Part shown: one piece after another, positions 26,369 through 36,240 of the stretch
Position numbering within the stretch: position 1 is the first letter of the stretch
Layout of the letters: each line of letters begins with the position of its first letter
Assembly: GCA_017302815.1 (NCBI GenBank)
Contig: JAFLCQ010000002.1
Span: 14,969-78,968, forward strand
Length of the DNA stretch: 64,000 bases
Source of the DNA: Planctomycetota bacterium
GTDB taxonomy: Bacteria > Planctomycetota > UBA11346
Direction of reading: 5' to 3'
Notes under the pieces: model-generated
The model's input: only the letters and a program-made list of their open reading frames with translations
What the model was told of the DNA's origin: nothing
The model's database searches: none
Made by a program: the position numbers and the translations under genes

Positions 26369-28462
26369 TCATGACGTCGTGGCACGGCAGCGATAGGTTT
26401 CGCCTGCCCGGGTCTGAAAACGGGTTCTGCCGGCATCCAGACGCACCGCGACAACATCGCCATCGGCGGTTTCGATCTTCCATTCGCCGGCCAAGGCACA
26501 AACCCCACCGCGTTCACTGCGGATGCGCACATCCTTCATTCGACCGCCTGAACAGGCTCCCGAAACCAGAAAAGCGCCGTCGGTCCGTAAACCTTCGAAG
26601 GCAGCAGGGCGTTGCCGGTCCCATACCGGGAAGAGACGGATCACTCCATGCTGGGATTGCAGCAGCAGGTCGTCGACTGCACACATCGCACCGCAGGTCT
26701 CGATCCCGCCATGCCGCGGATTGGTAACCACCATGCCGTTTGCGATGGTGAACTCGGCTATGGTCTCGCGCAGCAGGTCGACAATCCCGGGATAGCCGAC
26801 TCGGACTGCGGCCGGCAGGACTAGACTAAATGCATTGGTCTGCCGCCAAGCGTCTGCGGCGCGCAGAGTGTTCCGGGCAAGTTCGACCTGTCGTGGATCG
26901 GAGCCTATGCCGATTAACAGGCCGGGAAAGACGCAGTGCGATGGTACATGATCTGGGGCAAAGACGTGGTCGATGCCGGCATGCAAACCGAACGCACGAG
27001 TGCCATCCGACAGATCGACCTCAGGAAGCGGTGCGAGACGTTCGAGGATCGCTTGCCAACGCGACACTCGCTCACCATCAATGCCCAACTCGGTGGCGAA
27101 GGCGATGAGGGCGGTAAACAAAACACGCAGATGCACGAGATCCGGCAAGGGATCGTCGCGGAGCAGCCTATGGCGATCTCGTGGCAGCAGCGACTCATGG
27201 GTCAGCGTCCCTACTTCCGGCCAGCCTGCCGGAATCTCGTGCGCAGTCGCGTTGCGGATATGGAGAATGCCCGCCTCATCCGGTTGAAGCCAGGCCTCCC
27301 AATAGTCAGCCACACCACGGAGGAACGGATATGCGATCGCAGCAAGAAATCCACGGTCTCCAGTGGCGCGGCAGTGTTTAATGAAGGGAATGGCACAATG
27401 CAGGGCATTGCCGCGCTGGTTCCAAGCGCCACCACCTTCTGGAAGGATGCCGTCGGGGCCGAGCGCCACCGGAGCGAAGAGTCCCGGCAGACTGGCCGCC
27501 GCGGCGTAGCGGCGGAAGATCGGAGTGGCAGCGCTGAGCGCATGCAGATGTGCGAGAGCCAGTTCAGGATGATCTGCGGTCCACAGACCTTGGATCGGGG
27601 CCTGGAAGTTGTAATTGAGATGGTAGTCACCATGCCAGGCCGGTTCATCAGTGGTCACCCACGGTCCGTAAAGGCCCGGTGCCCATGCATCCGGCCGGGC
27701 AGCTGATCCGAGGTGGGCGAGAGACGCGCGTCGGAACCGCGCCAGGACCGGCTCGTCCGGAAGCTCAACCCGGCCGCGTAGCCAGAATCCGCGCCAATGC
27801 TCGGCATGTGCGGCGATCCGGGTGGTGAGATCGCTCCCATCCAAGCCGGTCATCAGCGACTGCACCAGCACACGCGGATCGGAACCGTCGCGATGACTGC
27901 GCACCGCGATCGCGAGTCGCCGGCAGGCAGATCCAGACAATACCAACCCGGGACCGGTCAGGCCGGGGGCGCACACACCCATCGCAACCACCCCATCGCC
28001 ATCGCCGGGGTGCTCAAGCCTACGCTCGGCCCAAGGCCAACCACCAATTCGGCCGCAGGTGGTTGGGAAATCAGCAGACCGCGACCAGCCAGGCAGCAGT
28101 CGGATGTCGACTTCGATTGCCGCGTCGCCACGGTTCTCCAGGTTAAGCAGCACCAGACCGTCATGTATCCGCACATCCACCGCGAGAGCGCCAAGAGAGG
28201 CGGTCGCCACTCCGGCTTCGAGGTCGTGGGTCAGGGCAAAGCCGCCTGGACAACGCAGGCGCAACTGGCCGACCTGCAACGGTGAGCATCGGCTGCGACT
28301 CCAGGCGTCGTTCGAGCCGAGGCGGATCATGATCTCGCCATCGCCACCGCCCACGACCGCGCCCAGGCGGCCGTCACCCAGGAGGGCGCCATCGGGCGTG
28401 AAACGAGTCTCCATCACAGTCGGCGGGGTGGACCAGGTCAATACACGGGTATCCATCGTCAT
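26369..28462 (-). CDS. GH95-like alpha-L-fucosidase (six-hairpin glycosidase)
   Basis: Track ORF. The N-terminal LLGDGRLGAVVGGGDGEIMIRLGSNDAWS matches the GH95 PIGNGRLGAMVFGG...LNE.TLWSG block. The internal WHGDYHLNYNFQ resembles the GH95 DYH.N.N.Q catalytic region. Confidence 0.65.
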   Translation of the reverse strand: MTMDTRVLTWSTPPTVMETRFTPDGALLGDGRLGAVVGGGDGEIMIRLGSNDAWSRSRCSPLQVGQLRLRCPGGFALTHDLEAGVATASLGALAVDVRIHDGLVLLNLENRGDAAIEVDIRLLPGWSRSADFPTTCGRIGGWPWAERRLEHPGDGDGVVAMGVCAPGLTGPGLVLSGSACRRLAIAVRSHRDGSDPRVLVQSLMTGLDGSDLTTRIAAHAEHWRGFWLRGRVELPDEPVLARFRRASLAHLGSAARPDAWAPGLYGPWVTTDEPAWHGDYHLNYNFQAPIQGLWTADHPELALAHLHALSAATPIFRRYAAAASLPGLFAPVALGPDGILPEGGGAWNQRGNALHCAIPFIKHCRATGDRGFLAAIAYPFLRGVADYWEAWLQPDEAGILHIRNATAHEIPAGWPEVGTLTHESLLPRDRHRLLRDDPLPDLVHLRVLFTALIAFATELGIDGERVSRWQAILERLAPLPEVDLSDGTRAFGLHAGIDHVFAPDHVPSHCVFPGLLIGIGSDPRQVELARNTLRAADAWRQTNAFSLVLPAAVRVGYPGIVDLLRETIAEFTIANGMVVTNPRHGGIETCGAMCAVDDLLLQSQHGVIRLFPVWDRQRPAAFEGLRTDGAFLVSGACSGGRMKDVRIRSERGGVCALAGEWKIETADGDVVAVRLDAGRTRFQTRAGETYRCRATTS

Positions 28463-28477
28463 TTCTCCAACTGGGAT

Positions 28478-31400
28478 TCACGGTGCCGGCAGGATGCGGA
28501 TGCCGGCGATGATGCCTTCAAACCAGTAGTCCTTACCCGATGCTCTGCCGATCCGGATGCGACCATCCCATTGCGGTGGCGCACAGGCTTTCGCCGCCTG
28601 TATCCGCCCATCGATCAGCAGCCGCGCCTGGTTGCCATCATTCTCATAGCGGATGGTCACCATGCGGTTTACGACTAGCGGGTCGGTCGCAATCAGATTT
28701 CTCGTCCCCTCTGGGCCAGCCCACTGCTCGACCACCACGCGTAGATTGCGATCGACCATGATGCGGAGTCCCCTCGCCTGATAGGTGCCCGCCTCGATCA
28801 GACCGCCGTAGGCTCCCGCCGGGGGCCCTAGGGCAGCAGCATCGATTTCGATCGCCACCGGCTTGCCCTCGGCGAGCGGAGTCGCCGGCAAGGTGCCATC
28901 GAGCTGCCGACCGGCGCCGAATCGGCGTCCGTTCCGGCCATCAAGCTCGACTATCTCGGCCTCACCACCCAATGCCTGGTCTCCAACCAACGCCGGAACA
29001 CCACGCGCATCGCCAACGCCAAGATCCCAGGCAGCGGCGGGCTTGGCGCCAACTACCTCACCAAGGGTGATAGATACCAGGACCAGCTGGGTCTGGGCCA
29101 GGCCACCGATCACATCGATGCTGGCGATTTCCCGCTCGGGATGTGGGTTGTCCCAGGGCATGCTGTAGAGACCGATGGGGGCATGTCGATCGTTACGGCC
29201 AGTCCACGCCACTGCCGCACCCGGCAGGGGTTCCGGATGCCACCAATCAGCAATTTCCTGACCCTGCCGCACATCCGCGGAGGCACGGGATCCATCGCTA
29301 TACACGATATCGTAGCGGGCGACCAAACGACCACGTCCGCCAGAAGACGACCATGCCCCGGTATGGAGAAACCAGATGCGGTCGGCCTTCGCTCCCACCG
29401 GGATGCCGCGCACCGCATCCAGGGCAGTGGGATCATGTCCTTCGGCGCGGAAGGTCAGCACCGACCGGCCATGGTTGGCGGCAGGGTCGACCAGACCGAA
29501 GTCGACGCCGGCAAGGTTGGCGCTGGCGGGGAAGGCCTGCCCGGCCACAGCCATGCCGCCGACTATACCGGTGTGATTTACCAGGAAGTAGCGGAGGTCA
29601 TTGTCGCCCTGATCGGTCCAGCCGCCGACGCCATCTCCCATGCGGTCATCGACAAAGCCACGATTGGCGAAGCGGGCGAGATCGACGTGCCGGAAGCGAT
29701 ATGCGCGCGCGGACCGGATCTCACCCCCGGCCCCGATATTGTGCGCCAGACAGCCGGCGATGCGAGCAATACGCTCGGGTTCGGCAGCGGCGGCCCGGTC
29801 CCACGCCAGTTGATCGATGAGGATCCGTCCACGGCCCAGCGGCACCGCCACCAGGAGTGGCGGATCGGTGATCGCTACGGCGTGGTCGGCGACCGGCGCT
29901 TCGATGCCCGGCCCTCCGAGCGACGCGGTAGAAGCGCCTTCGCGGGCCCAATACAGATCGGCGGTGCCAATGCCGTCCGCCAACGGGTCGCGTATGCGCA
30001 CCGCGGCCCCGACCCGTCCGGCTGGCAGCGGAACCAAACGCGGCTGCCACGGCAGCAGCGCAGTGGCAGCAGACAGGGTTCCGGAGTCCAGCCCACGCAA
30101 CCATAGGGTACCGCCCGCTTCGACCTCGGTCCGCAGCCGCTGCAGCATCTCGCGATCAGGGATGCCGGCGCCGAGATCGAGCATGGCCGGCCCGCCTCCA
30201 GCTGCCTCATCACTGATGCGCACGCCGGCGGCAATCAGGACGGCACGGGCCGGAGCGGCGACGCCGATCAGGCGCAGTGCCGGCGGCGGATCGGTTGGCG
30301 TCGCGGCGACACCGCGCCGCACCGCCCGGGCGAGGATCTCGGCTGCGACAGGTTCGACGGCGCTGCGCTCAGCCAGGAGGTATTGGCACCAGGTAATGCC
30401 GCCACGGCCATGGCGTTGTTCAGCCAGGGGCGACCAGTGCATGCCGTAGCGTCCCCCGCACACCGCGGTGCCGATCGCGGCGGCGGAGGCCGGGCGCACC
30501 AGCGTTTCGGTTGCCACCAAATGATCGGGACGCCAGAAGCGAAGTTGCCTGTCGTCAAAACCCGCCAGCAGCGGATCCCGAGATTGGCTCCAGCTAAATG
30601 ATGCGGCATGGCGTGGGTCGATCTCGGGCTGACCCGCGGCGAGTAGACCGATCCGCGTCTGGTGCAACACCAGGACCTGCCCACCGCTTTCGGCGAAGCG
30701 GGCAGCCGCGGCAAGGTCGGCCTGCTCGGCGGCACCCTCTCCGATAACCAGTAGACGTTTCCCGACCAGGCTCCGGTCATCGCAGGCGCCCGGTGCCAGC
30801 CTGAGACCCATCGCCTCCAGGGCCTTGGCGGTCACCCCCTCCTTGTCGACCAGGGCGATGCCGATGGCATCCACGTCCGACAGGGTCGGGCGGGGCAGGA
30901 CCCACATGTCTTCCTCGTGGCGGGCTAGTTCAATAGCTTGCCTTCCGCGCATCCAGCGCAGCCGCACAATCAGCTTGACCGCAGCCGGTGAGGCAAGGCG
31001 GGGCACCGCCATGTCGATGTCAAGCTGTCGCGATTCCCCTGGTGCCCAGGGTACAGGAATGCGTTCCGTCGACCAGACGGCGCGCGCGCCGATGAATAGT
31101 CCAGCCTGGAGGTGCAGGTCGTTCCACGCCTGGTGATGGTCGTTTGCGACGACAAAGCGACGAGTGCAGGTCTCCCCGGCAAAAGCATTGGGGAAGTGGT
31201 CAAGCGGCGCCACCAGCAGTTGCGGCATGGTCTGGAAGCCCTGGCCTGTCCACGGGTTGAGACAGGCGACGCCGGCCGCGCGATAGTGATCGCTACTCAA
31301 CTTGACCATCTCGATCCATGGGCTGGGCGCGGTGGTCGGGGCGTTGCGTCCGCCGAAATCGGTCCAACGCCAAGCCGACTCGTCGTAGGCCGCATCACCC

Positions 31401-33103
31401 GAGAATGGCGCATAGCGATCGGATACGCCGGGTTCTGGGCAGTAGAACTCACCGAGCATCAGAGGGCGGTCCCACATGAAATCGGCACGCCAGGCATGGT
31501 TGGTGCCGTTACGGCGCAGCCAGTCGAGGTCATTCGGCACCACCCAGCCGCTATTGTCGTAGCGCTTGCCAACCGTGCCCGCGTCCCCCTCCGGGTAGTG
31601 GATGCTGATTGCATCCAGCCTGCCGTCCCAGGTCACTTCGCCATCGCCCTGAAGGAGGCGGGTCGGATCCGCTCCGCGGATCGTCCGGACGACCTGCTCT
31701 GCCACCGCCATGCGTTCAGGAGTGGTGCTGTTCCACATCGTCTCGTTAGTCACGCTGTACATGATGACCGATGGATGGTTGCGCCAGCGCCGCACCAGAC
31801 GGCGCATGGTCTCGAGGGTGGCTGGAGTCCAGGCGTTGGCCTGGGCGATCGGGAAGCGCTTGTCGTCGTTCTGGTACCAACCCCAAAACTCGGGAATCAC
31901 CAGCATGCCCATGCGATCACACTGATCGATGACGGCGGGGTTGTTCTGACCAAGATGCAGGCGGATGCAGTTGGAATTACGCAACTCGTCGCGCAGCCAG
32001 GGGATGACCTCATCGCGCGGTTCGGTCGGGCTGCGTAGCCATGAATTGCGCAGCAGGACTTGGCGACGTCCATTCAGCTGAAAATCCGTCCCGGATGCCG
32101 TGAAACTGCGGTAACCGAACCCAGTGGATTGCCGGTCGATTGAGCGACCATCGGCATCCAGTCGGACCTCGGCGCGATGCAGAACCGGCGCGGCGGGGCT
32201 CCACCACCCGCCTTCGGTCCAGTCCGCAGCCAGGTTCGCGGTGGCCGTGCCGCCAGGCGGTATCTCAACTTCTCCACCAGTGATGGACAGGCGGACCATG
32301 CCTTCCGGATCTCGAACCGTCACAACCGGGATGACTCGACGCGGACTCGCAGCGGCACTGGCGATGGACACCTCGACTTCGATGCGGTGTTGCGACGTCA
32401 ACGGACGAACGAATATGTCGTCGATACGCACCTCGGGTACGAGTTCGATCCACACCCGATCAGAAATGCCAGGCATGGTACCGCCGATGGGGGCTGTGAA
32501 TGAGCGTTGCCCCTGGTCCCATAGCGCCCATCGAGCCGTTGCCGCGATGGCGATCGTATGGTCGCCAGGCACCATACGTTCGGTGATGTCGTATGTATGC
32601 GGAACAAGACCAAGGTTCGAGGATCCGAATGCGGCCCCATCGATGCGCAGTTCGTGACGCCACGCCACCCCATCGAGATGGAGTAGCGCGCGCATGCCGG
32701 CTGGCAACGTACTGGAGATACTGAACCCGCGCCGAAACCACGCGGCCGCCTTGGCCGGCTCAGGGCAGCGCCCGTGGCTATCGACGAGAGCGTCAAATGC
32801 AGGTATGTAGGGTCCAAGTCCCTCGTTGGTGATGAGCACGGTCTCCCGACTGGGTACCTGATGCGGCGCCCATCCATCTGTCGGCGGCGGCCACGACAGA
32901 TCGGTGACAGACCGCGCCTCCCAGGTACCACCGAGATCGAGGGTCGCCCTCAGGCCATCACTATTGAATGGCCCGGGAATCACGACCGATACGACCGGTG
33001 GTGCCGAAGGAGGCGCCGACGACGGCGGGGTCGCCGACGGAGAGGCTTCAGCGCAACCTTGAAGGACGAGGACGATCAGCAAACCGAGCATGTGTAGGCG
33101 CAT
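28478..33103 (-). CDS. Large GH2-family glycoside hydrolase (1541 aa) with a possible lipoprotein signal and a C-terminal concanavalin/LamG-like extension
   Basis: Track ORF. The N-terminus MRLHMLGLLIVLVLQGC looks like a signal peptide with a possible lipobox. A GH2 TIM-barrel block reads NCIRLHLGQNNPAVIDQCDRMGMLVIPEF...WSVTNE. The C-terminal DYWFEGIIAGIRI is lectin-like. There is a 16-bp gap to the GH95 gene. Confidence 0.7.
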   Translation of the reverse strand: MRLHMLGLLIVLVLQGCAEASPSATPPSSAPPSAPPVVSVVIPGPFNSDGLRATLDLGGTWEARSVTDLSWPPPTDGWAPHQVPSRETVLITNEGLGPYIPAFDALVDSHGRCPEPAKAAAWFRRGFSISSTLPAGMRALLHLDGVAWRHELRIDGAAFGSSNLGLVPHTYDITERMVPGDHTIAIAATARWALWDQGQRSFTAPIGGTMPGISDRVWIELVPEVRIDDIFVRPLTSQHRIEVEVSIASAAASPRRVIPVVTVRDPEGMVRLSITGGEVEIPPGGTATANLAADWTEGGWWSPAAPVLHRAEVRLDADGRSIDRQSTGFGYRSFTASGTDFQLNGRRQVLLRNSWLRSPTEPRDEVIPWLRDELRNSNCIRLHLGQNNPAVIDQCDRMGMLVIPEFWGWYQNDDKRFPIAQANAWTPATLETMRRLVRRWRNHPSVIMYSVTNETMWNSTTPERMAVAEQVVRTIRGADPTRLLQGDGEVTWDGRLDAISIHYPEGDAGTVGKRYDNSGWVVPNDLDWLRRNGTNHAWRADFMWDRPLMLGEFYCPEPGVSDRYAPFSGDAAYDESAWRWTDFGGRNAPTTAPSPWIEMVKLSSDHYRAAGVACLNPWTGQGFQTMPQLLVAPLDHFPNAFAGETCTRRFVVANDHHQAWNDLHLQAGLFIGARAVWSTERIPVPWAPGESRQLDIDMAVPRLASPAAVKLIVRLRWMRGRQAIELARHEEDMWVLPRPTLSDVDAIGIALVDKEGVTAKALEAMGLRLAPGACDDRSLVGKRLLVIGEGAAEQADLAAAARFAESGGQVLVLHQTRIGLLAAGQPEIDPRHAASFSWSQSRDPLLAGFDDRQLRFWRPDHLVATETLVRPASAAAIGTAVCGGRYGMHWSPLAEQRHGRGGITWCQYLLAERSAVEPVAAEILARAVRRGVAATPTDPPPALRLIGVAAPARAVLIAAGVRISDEAAGGGPAMLDLGAGIPDREMLQRLRTEVEAGGTLWLRGLDSGTLSAATALLPWQPRLVPLPAGRVGAAVRIRDPLADGIGTADLYWAREGASTASLGGPGIEAPVADHAVAITDPPLLVAVPLGRGRILIDQLAWDRAAAAEPERIARIAGCLAHNIGAGGEIRSARAYRFRHVDLARFANRGFVDDRMGDGVGGWTDQGDNDLRYFLVNHTGIVGGMAVAGQAFPASANLAGVDFGLVDPAANHGRSVLTFRAEGHDPTALDAVRGIPVGAKADRIWFLHTGAWSSSGGRGRLVARYDIVYSDGSRASADVRQGQEIADWWHPEPLPGAAVAWTGRNDRHAPIGLYSMPWDNPHPEREIASIDVIGGLAQTQLVLVSITLGEVVGAKPAAAWDLGVGDARGVPALVGDQALGGEAEIVELDGRNGRRFGAGRQLDGTLPATPLAEGKPVAIEIDAAALGPPAGAYGGLIEAGTYQARGLRIMVDRNLRVVVEQWAGPEGTRNLIATDPLVVNRMVTIRYENDGNQARLLIDGRIQAAKACAPPQWDGRIRIGRASGKDYWFEGIIAGIRILPAP

Positions 33104-33135
33104 GCAGATCCCTTGGGGTCATCGTTTGGCACGTT

Positions 33136-33687
33136 TCAACGGTCGAGGATCTCTGCCAGGTGGGCCTTTGCCCAATCCTGCCGTTGTGCGACGGCCAATG
33201 GATCCGTGAGGACCTTGCCGAGGCGTGCCCGCAACCGCTCGGCATCGGCCGTCTGATCCGGATGGGCAATGGCATCACGTACCGCCTCTGCCGGTGCGAT
33301 GTCGACTCCAAGACAAGTCAGAGCCGCGACAAGGTCTTCTGGGCCCGGGCTGGTCGTCTCGGTACCGGGTTGGTGAAACCGCATCCAGTCGGCCATGCCG
33401 ACATCGGCGATATCCCGCGAGATGCGCACGACCACCCAGTAGGAGCGGGCTTCCGTCCCTAGACGCCGCCAATCCCCAGGATTGCCGTCAGCGGTATACC
33501 AACGACGGGCGATGGCGCGCATCAGCGCCGCATCCAGTTGCACGCCATCGAGGCTCTTGATGTCCTCTAACGCCGGCTCTTCGTCGGAGACATCCACCGC
33601 AGGCCGTGCCAACCAGTTGATTGCAACCAGAGCCAGCCCAGCAATGAGTGCACCAACCAGCAGCTTCTGGTTCACGGAGGACTCCAC
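33136..33687 (-). CDS. Hypothetical protein with N-terminal transmembrane anchor
   Basis: Track ORF. The N-terminus is LLVGALIAGLALVAINWL. It overlaps the stop of the upstream DUF1559 gene by 16 nt, so an operon is likely. Confidence 0.45.
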   Translation of the reverse strand: MESSVNQKLLVGALIAGLALVAINWLARPAVDVSDEEPALEDIKSLDGVQLDAALMRAIARRWYTADGNPGDWRRLGTEARSYWVVVRISRDIADVGMADWMRFHQPGTETTSPGPEDLVAALTCLGVDIAPAEAVRDAIAHPDQTADAERLRARLGKVLTDPLAVAQRQDWAKAHLAEILDR

Positions 33688-34364
33688 GCGTAGGTGATGT
33701 AGTCCTCGGTCATTAATTGGCTTTTCGTTCGAGCCGCGACATGCCCGTCCTTATAGGCAACCACCGCGGACCCACGGTGGGCGAGACGTAGATAGCCATC
33801 ATAGCCAGCCCACAGCGGAGTCGTTGTATTGGACCAATACATGCTGACAGACGGGTTGGAGACCCGAACCGACTCGGCAATGAAGGGCATGCTGGGATGG
33901 AGATCGGATAGGCGATACGAGAAAGCGGTATACTGCTTGATCGTCTTCAGCCCAAGTGCGGCCCAATCAGCGCCGATCATTGGACCATAGGCCAGATCCT
34001 TGTTCGGCGATGGCGGCTGGATGGACGGGCATTGGAAGGGATTCGGGGACGACCGCAGGATGACCCAGTTGGCCAAGCCGTCCTGCTGCAGGACGTATTC
34101 ATCAGGCATGTAACCGAGATTGATGAGCCGGATATAGACCCAGCGCCCAAGCGTGTCGGTCCCCGGTGTGGTCGGCGGAGTCAATCCACCATTATCTTGG
34201 GTATAGGCTATGGTCGCCATCATGAACTGTCGCTGGTTGTTGGCGCAGACCGTTTTTCGTGAGGCTTCGCGCACCAGGCCGAGCGTTGGCAGGAGCAACG
34301 CGGCCAGGATTCCGATGATGGAGACGGTCACCAGCAATTCGATCAGCGTGAACGCACATCGCAT
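33672..34364 (-). CDS. Prepilin-type N-terminal cleavage/methylation domain protein with H-X9-DG (DUF1559) domain
   Basis: Track ORF 33672..34388. The start is chosen at MRCAFTLIELLVTVSIIGILAALLLP, a type IV pilin-like N-terminus. The C-terminal LAHRGSAVVAYKDGHVA is the H-X9-DG motif. Confidence 0.75.
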   Translation of the reverse strand: MRCAFTLIELLVTVSIIGILAALLLPTLGLVREASRKTVCANNQRQFMMATIAYTQDNGGLTPPTTPGTDTLGRWVYIRLINLGYMPDEYVLQQDGLANWVILRSSPNPFQCPSIQPPSPNKDLAYGPMIGADWAALGLKTIKQYTAFSYRLSDLHPSMPFIAESVRVSNPSVSMYWSNTTTPLWAGYDGYLRLAHRGSAVVAYKDGHVAARTKSQLMTEDYITYAWSPP

Positions 34365-34552
34365 CCGGATCACACCTTCGTGATGCATGGTAACCTCCCC
34401 TTGCTAGGTGCTAACGAGCATATGGACGCAGGATAAAATTGATATGGATTTTTCTATATCATACACAGAATCAATAGCAGCAAAGAACTGCATCGCGAGA
34501 CGAGTCGGCCCAGACCCCCGACCTCCGGCGCGATACAGCCGAGGGAGCCGCC

Positions 34553-35167
34553 ATGGCAACGATCTTCCGTGAACCCATCGAGTGGTGCGACATCTGGATC
34601 CGCTCCGCTGAAAAATCCGGGCATCCTCGCTGCCTGTGCATCGGCGACTCGATCACCCGCGGCTACTACGGCGGGGTCGATCAGCGGCTCATGGACCGAT
34701 TCGAGTCGGCGCGGCTGGCGACCTCGCGCTTCCTGACCGATCCGGTCTATCACCAGGAACTGGCACTGGTCATGGAGCAGTACCGCTTCCAGGTCATCCA
34801 CTTCAACAATGGCCTGCATGGCTGGGATTTCAGCGAGGCCGACTACGAGGACGGCCTGCACCGGCTGGTCGACCTCCTGCGCCGCGTGCAGCCGTCGGCC
34901 AGGCTCATCTGCGCCACCAGCACGCCGGTCAGGGTCGCCGGCGACAGCAGCCGCTTCGATGCGCGCCATGAGCGGGTGGTGGCACGGAATCGCCTGCTGA
35001 CCGGGGTGATGAGTGCCCAACGCATTCCCATCAACGACCTGTTCAGCCTCGCTCTCGCCAGGCCGGATTGGTCCGCCGATGACGGCATTCACTTCAACGC
35101 TGCCGGCTGCGCCGGGCTGGCCGAAGCGGTCGCCGCAGCCATCGCCAGCCGGCATGCCGACCGCTGA
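34553..35167 (+). CDS. SGNH/GDSL-family hydrolase (esterase)
   Basis: Track ORF. Block I is LCIGDSITRGYYG. Block V is DDGIHFNAAG (DxxH). The overlapping minus-strand 509-aa ORF 34454..35983 is rejected as antisense. Confidence 0.7.
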   Translation: MATIFREPIEWCDIWIRSAEKSGHPRCLCIGDSITRGYYGGVDQRLMDRFESARLATSRFLTDPVYHQELALVMEQYRFQVIHFNNGLHGWDFSEADYEDGLHRLVDLLRRVQPSARLICATSTPVRVAGDSSRFDARHERVVARNRLLTGVMSAQRIPINDLFSLALARPDWSADDGIHFNAAGCAGLAEAVAAAIASRHADR

Positions 35168-35170
35168 CCC

Positions 35171-36223
35171 ATGAATACCCCTCCCCACATCCGTGCCCGA
35201 CAGCAGCTGATCACCATGATGTCCGGTCTGACCCGGAAGGGCGTCCAGCGCCTGCCCGGCGAACGCCAGCTCGCCGATGAACTCGGAGTCAGCCTGATGA
35301 CGGTGAAGAAGGCCATCCGCCAGCTGGTCCTGGAGGACAAGCTGCGCACGGCGCCGCGGGACGGGCATTACATCTGCGGCGCCCGCACCACCACCGACGT
35401 CGGCATCGTGGTGGGGGAGGGCAATGCCAGCACCTTTGTGCGCATGCCGCGAACCATAGCCCGCATTCTGCAGGAGATCGACCGCCACGGCCTGGTCGTC
35501 CGCTTGATCTCCGCACGCGACCCTGACGAGGCGCTGGAGGTCCTGGCTCGCTACGATCTCCAGGCCTGCCTGTGGTACATGCCGCATGCAACCCGATTGC
35601 ACGCGATCAATACGGTGTTCGCACGCTGCGCCCTGCCCTACGCCATCGTCTCCGAAGATGTCCTCCCCCAGGACTACGACCGCACCGCCAACCTCTTCGC
35701 CTATGATCCGGCCGGGGTCGGACGCCAGCGCACCGAGTGGATGCTCGCCCGTGGCCACCGCCGCATCGCCTGCTGCACCCACGACGCCCCACCGATATAC
35801 GACGGATTCCGCCAGGCGATGTCGGCTGCCGGCCTGGCCATCGATCCGGCGTTGATCATCCACCATCCAGAGGATGTGGACCGTGCCCTGCCCCCCCTCC
35901 TCGGACCGGATGGCGTGACTGCGATCATCGCCGAAGGTGGCTACACCCGCCAGCAGCGCATCTTCCGCGTCCTCGACGGCCACCCCTGGAATGCGCGTGG
36001 TGAGCTACTGCTGGACGACATTGGCTCGCGGCTTGCGGAACTGCGGCAGGCGCATCCGACCGTCCGCATCACAGCGGTGGTCCATCGCGACGAGGAGGCC
36101 CTGGCGGAGGCCGTTGGCTCGGCATTGGCAGACGCCATCGCCGGCCGCGCGGCGATCGTGGGGCGGCGCATACTTGCCCGATTCATCTCGGCCGATGCCG
36201 CGACCGCCGGCGCTAGGCCCTGA
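35171..36223 (+). CDS. Transcriptional regulator with GntR-type winged-HTH and periplasmic-binding-protein-like sugar-binding domain
   Basis: Track ORF. The N-terminal LPGERQLADELGVSLMTVKKAIRQLVLEDKL is a GntR-like HTH. The C-terminal two-thirds have a LacI/PBP-like fold pattern (DALLCY-type and IAEGG-type blocks). Confidence 0.65.
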   Translation: MNTPPHIRARQQLITMMSGLTRKGVQRLPGERQLADELGVSLMTVKKAIRQLVLEDKLRTAPRDGHYICGARTTTDVGIVVGEGNASTFVRMPRTIARILQEIDRHGLVVRLISARDPDEALEVLARYDLQACLWYMPHATRLHAINTVFARCALPYAIVSEDVLPQDYDRTANLFAYDPAGVGRQRTEWMLARGHRRIACCTHDAPPIYDGFRQAMSAAGLAIDPALIIHHPEDVDRALPPLLGPDGVTAIIAEGGYTRQQRIFRVLDGHPWNARGELLLDDIGSRLAELRQAHPTVRITAVVHRDEEALAEAVGSALADAIAGRAAIVGRRILARFISADAATAGARP

Positions 36224-36240
36224 ACCGGATCGGGAACGCC

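Noticed and set aside
29141-32038. Plus-strand ORFs 29141..30106, 29143..29820 and 31112..32038
   Set aside because: They lie antisense to the 1541-aa GH2 gene.
34454-35983. 509-aa minus-strand ORF
   Set aside because: It overlaps two well-supported plus-strand genes: the SGNH hydrolase with its GDS and DxxH blocks, and the GntR-type regulator. Its translation is low-complexity.
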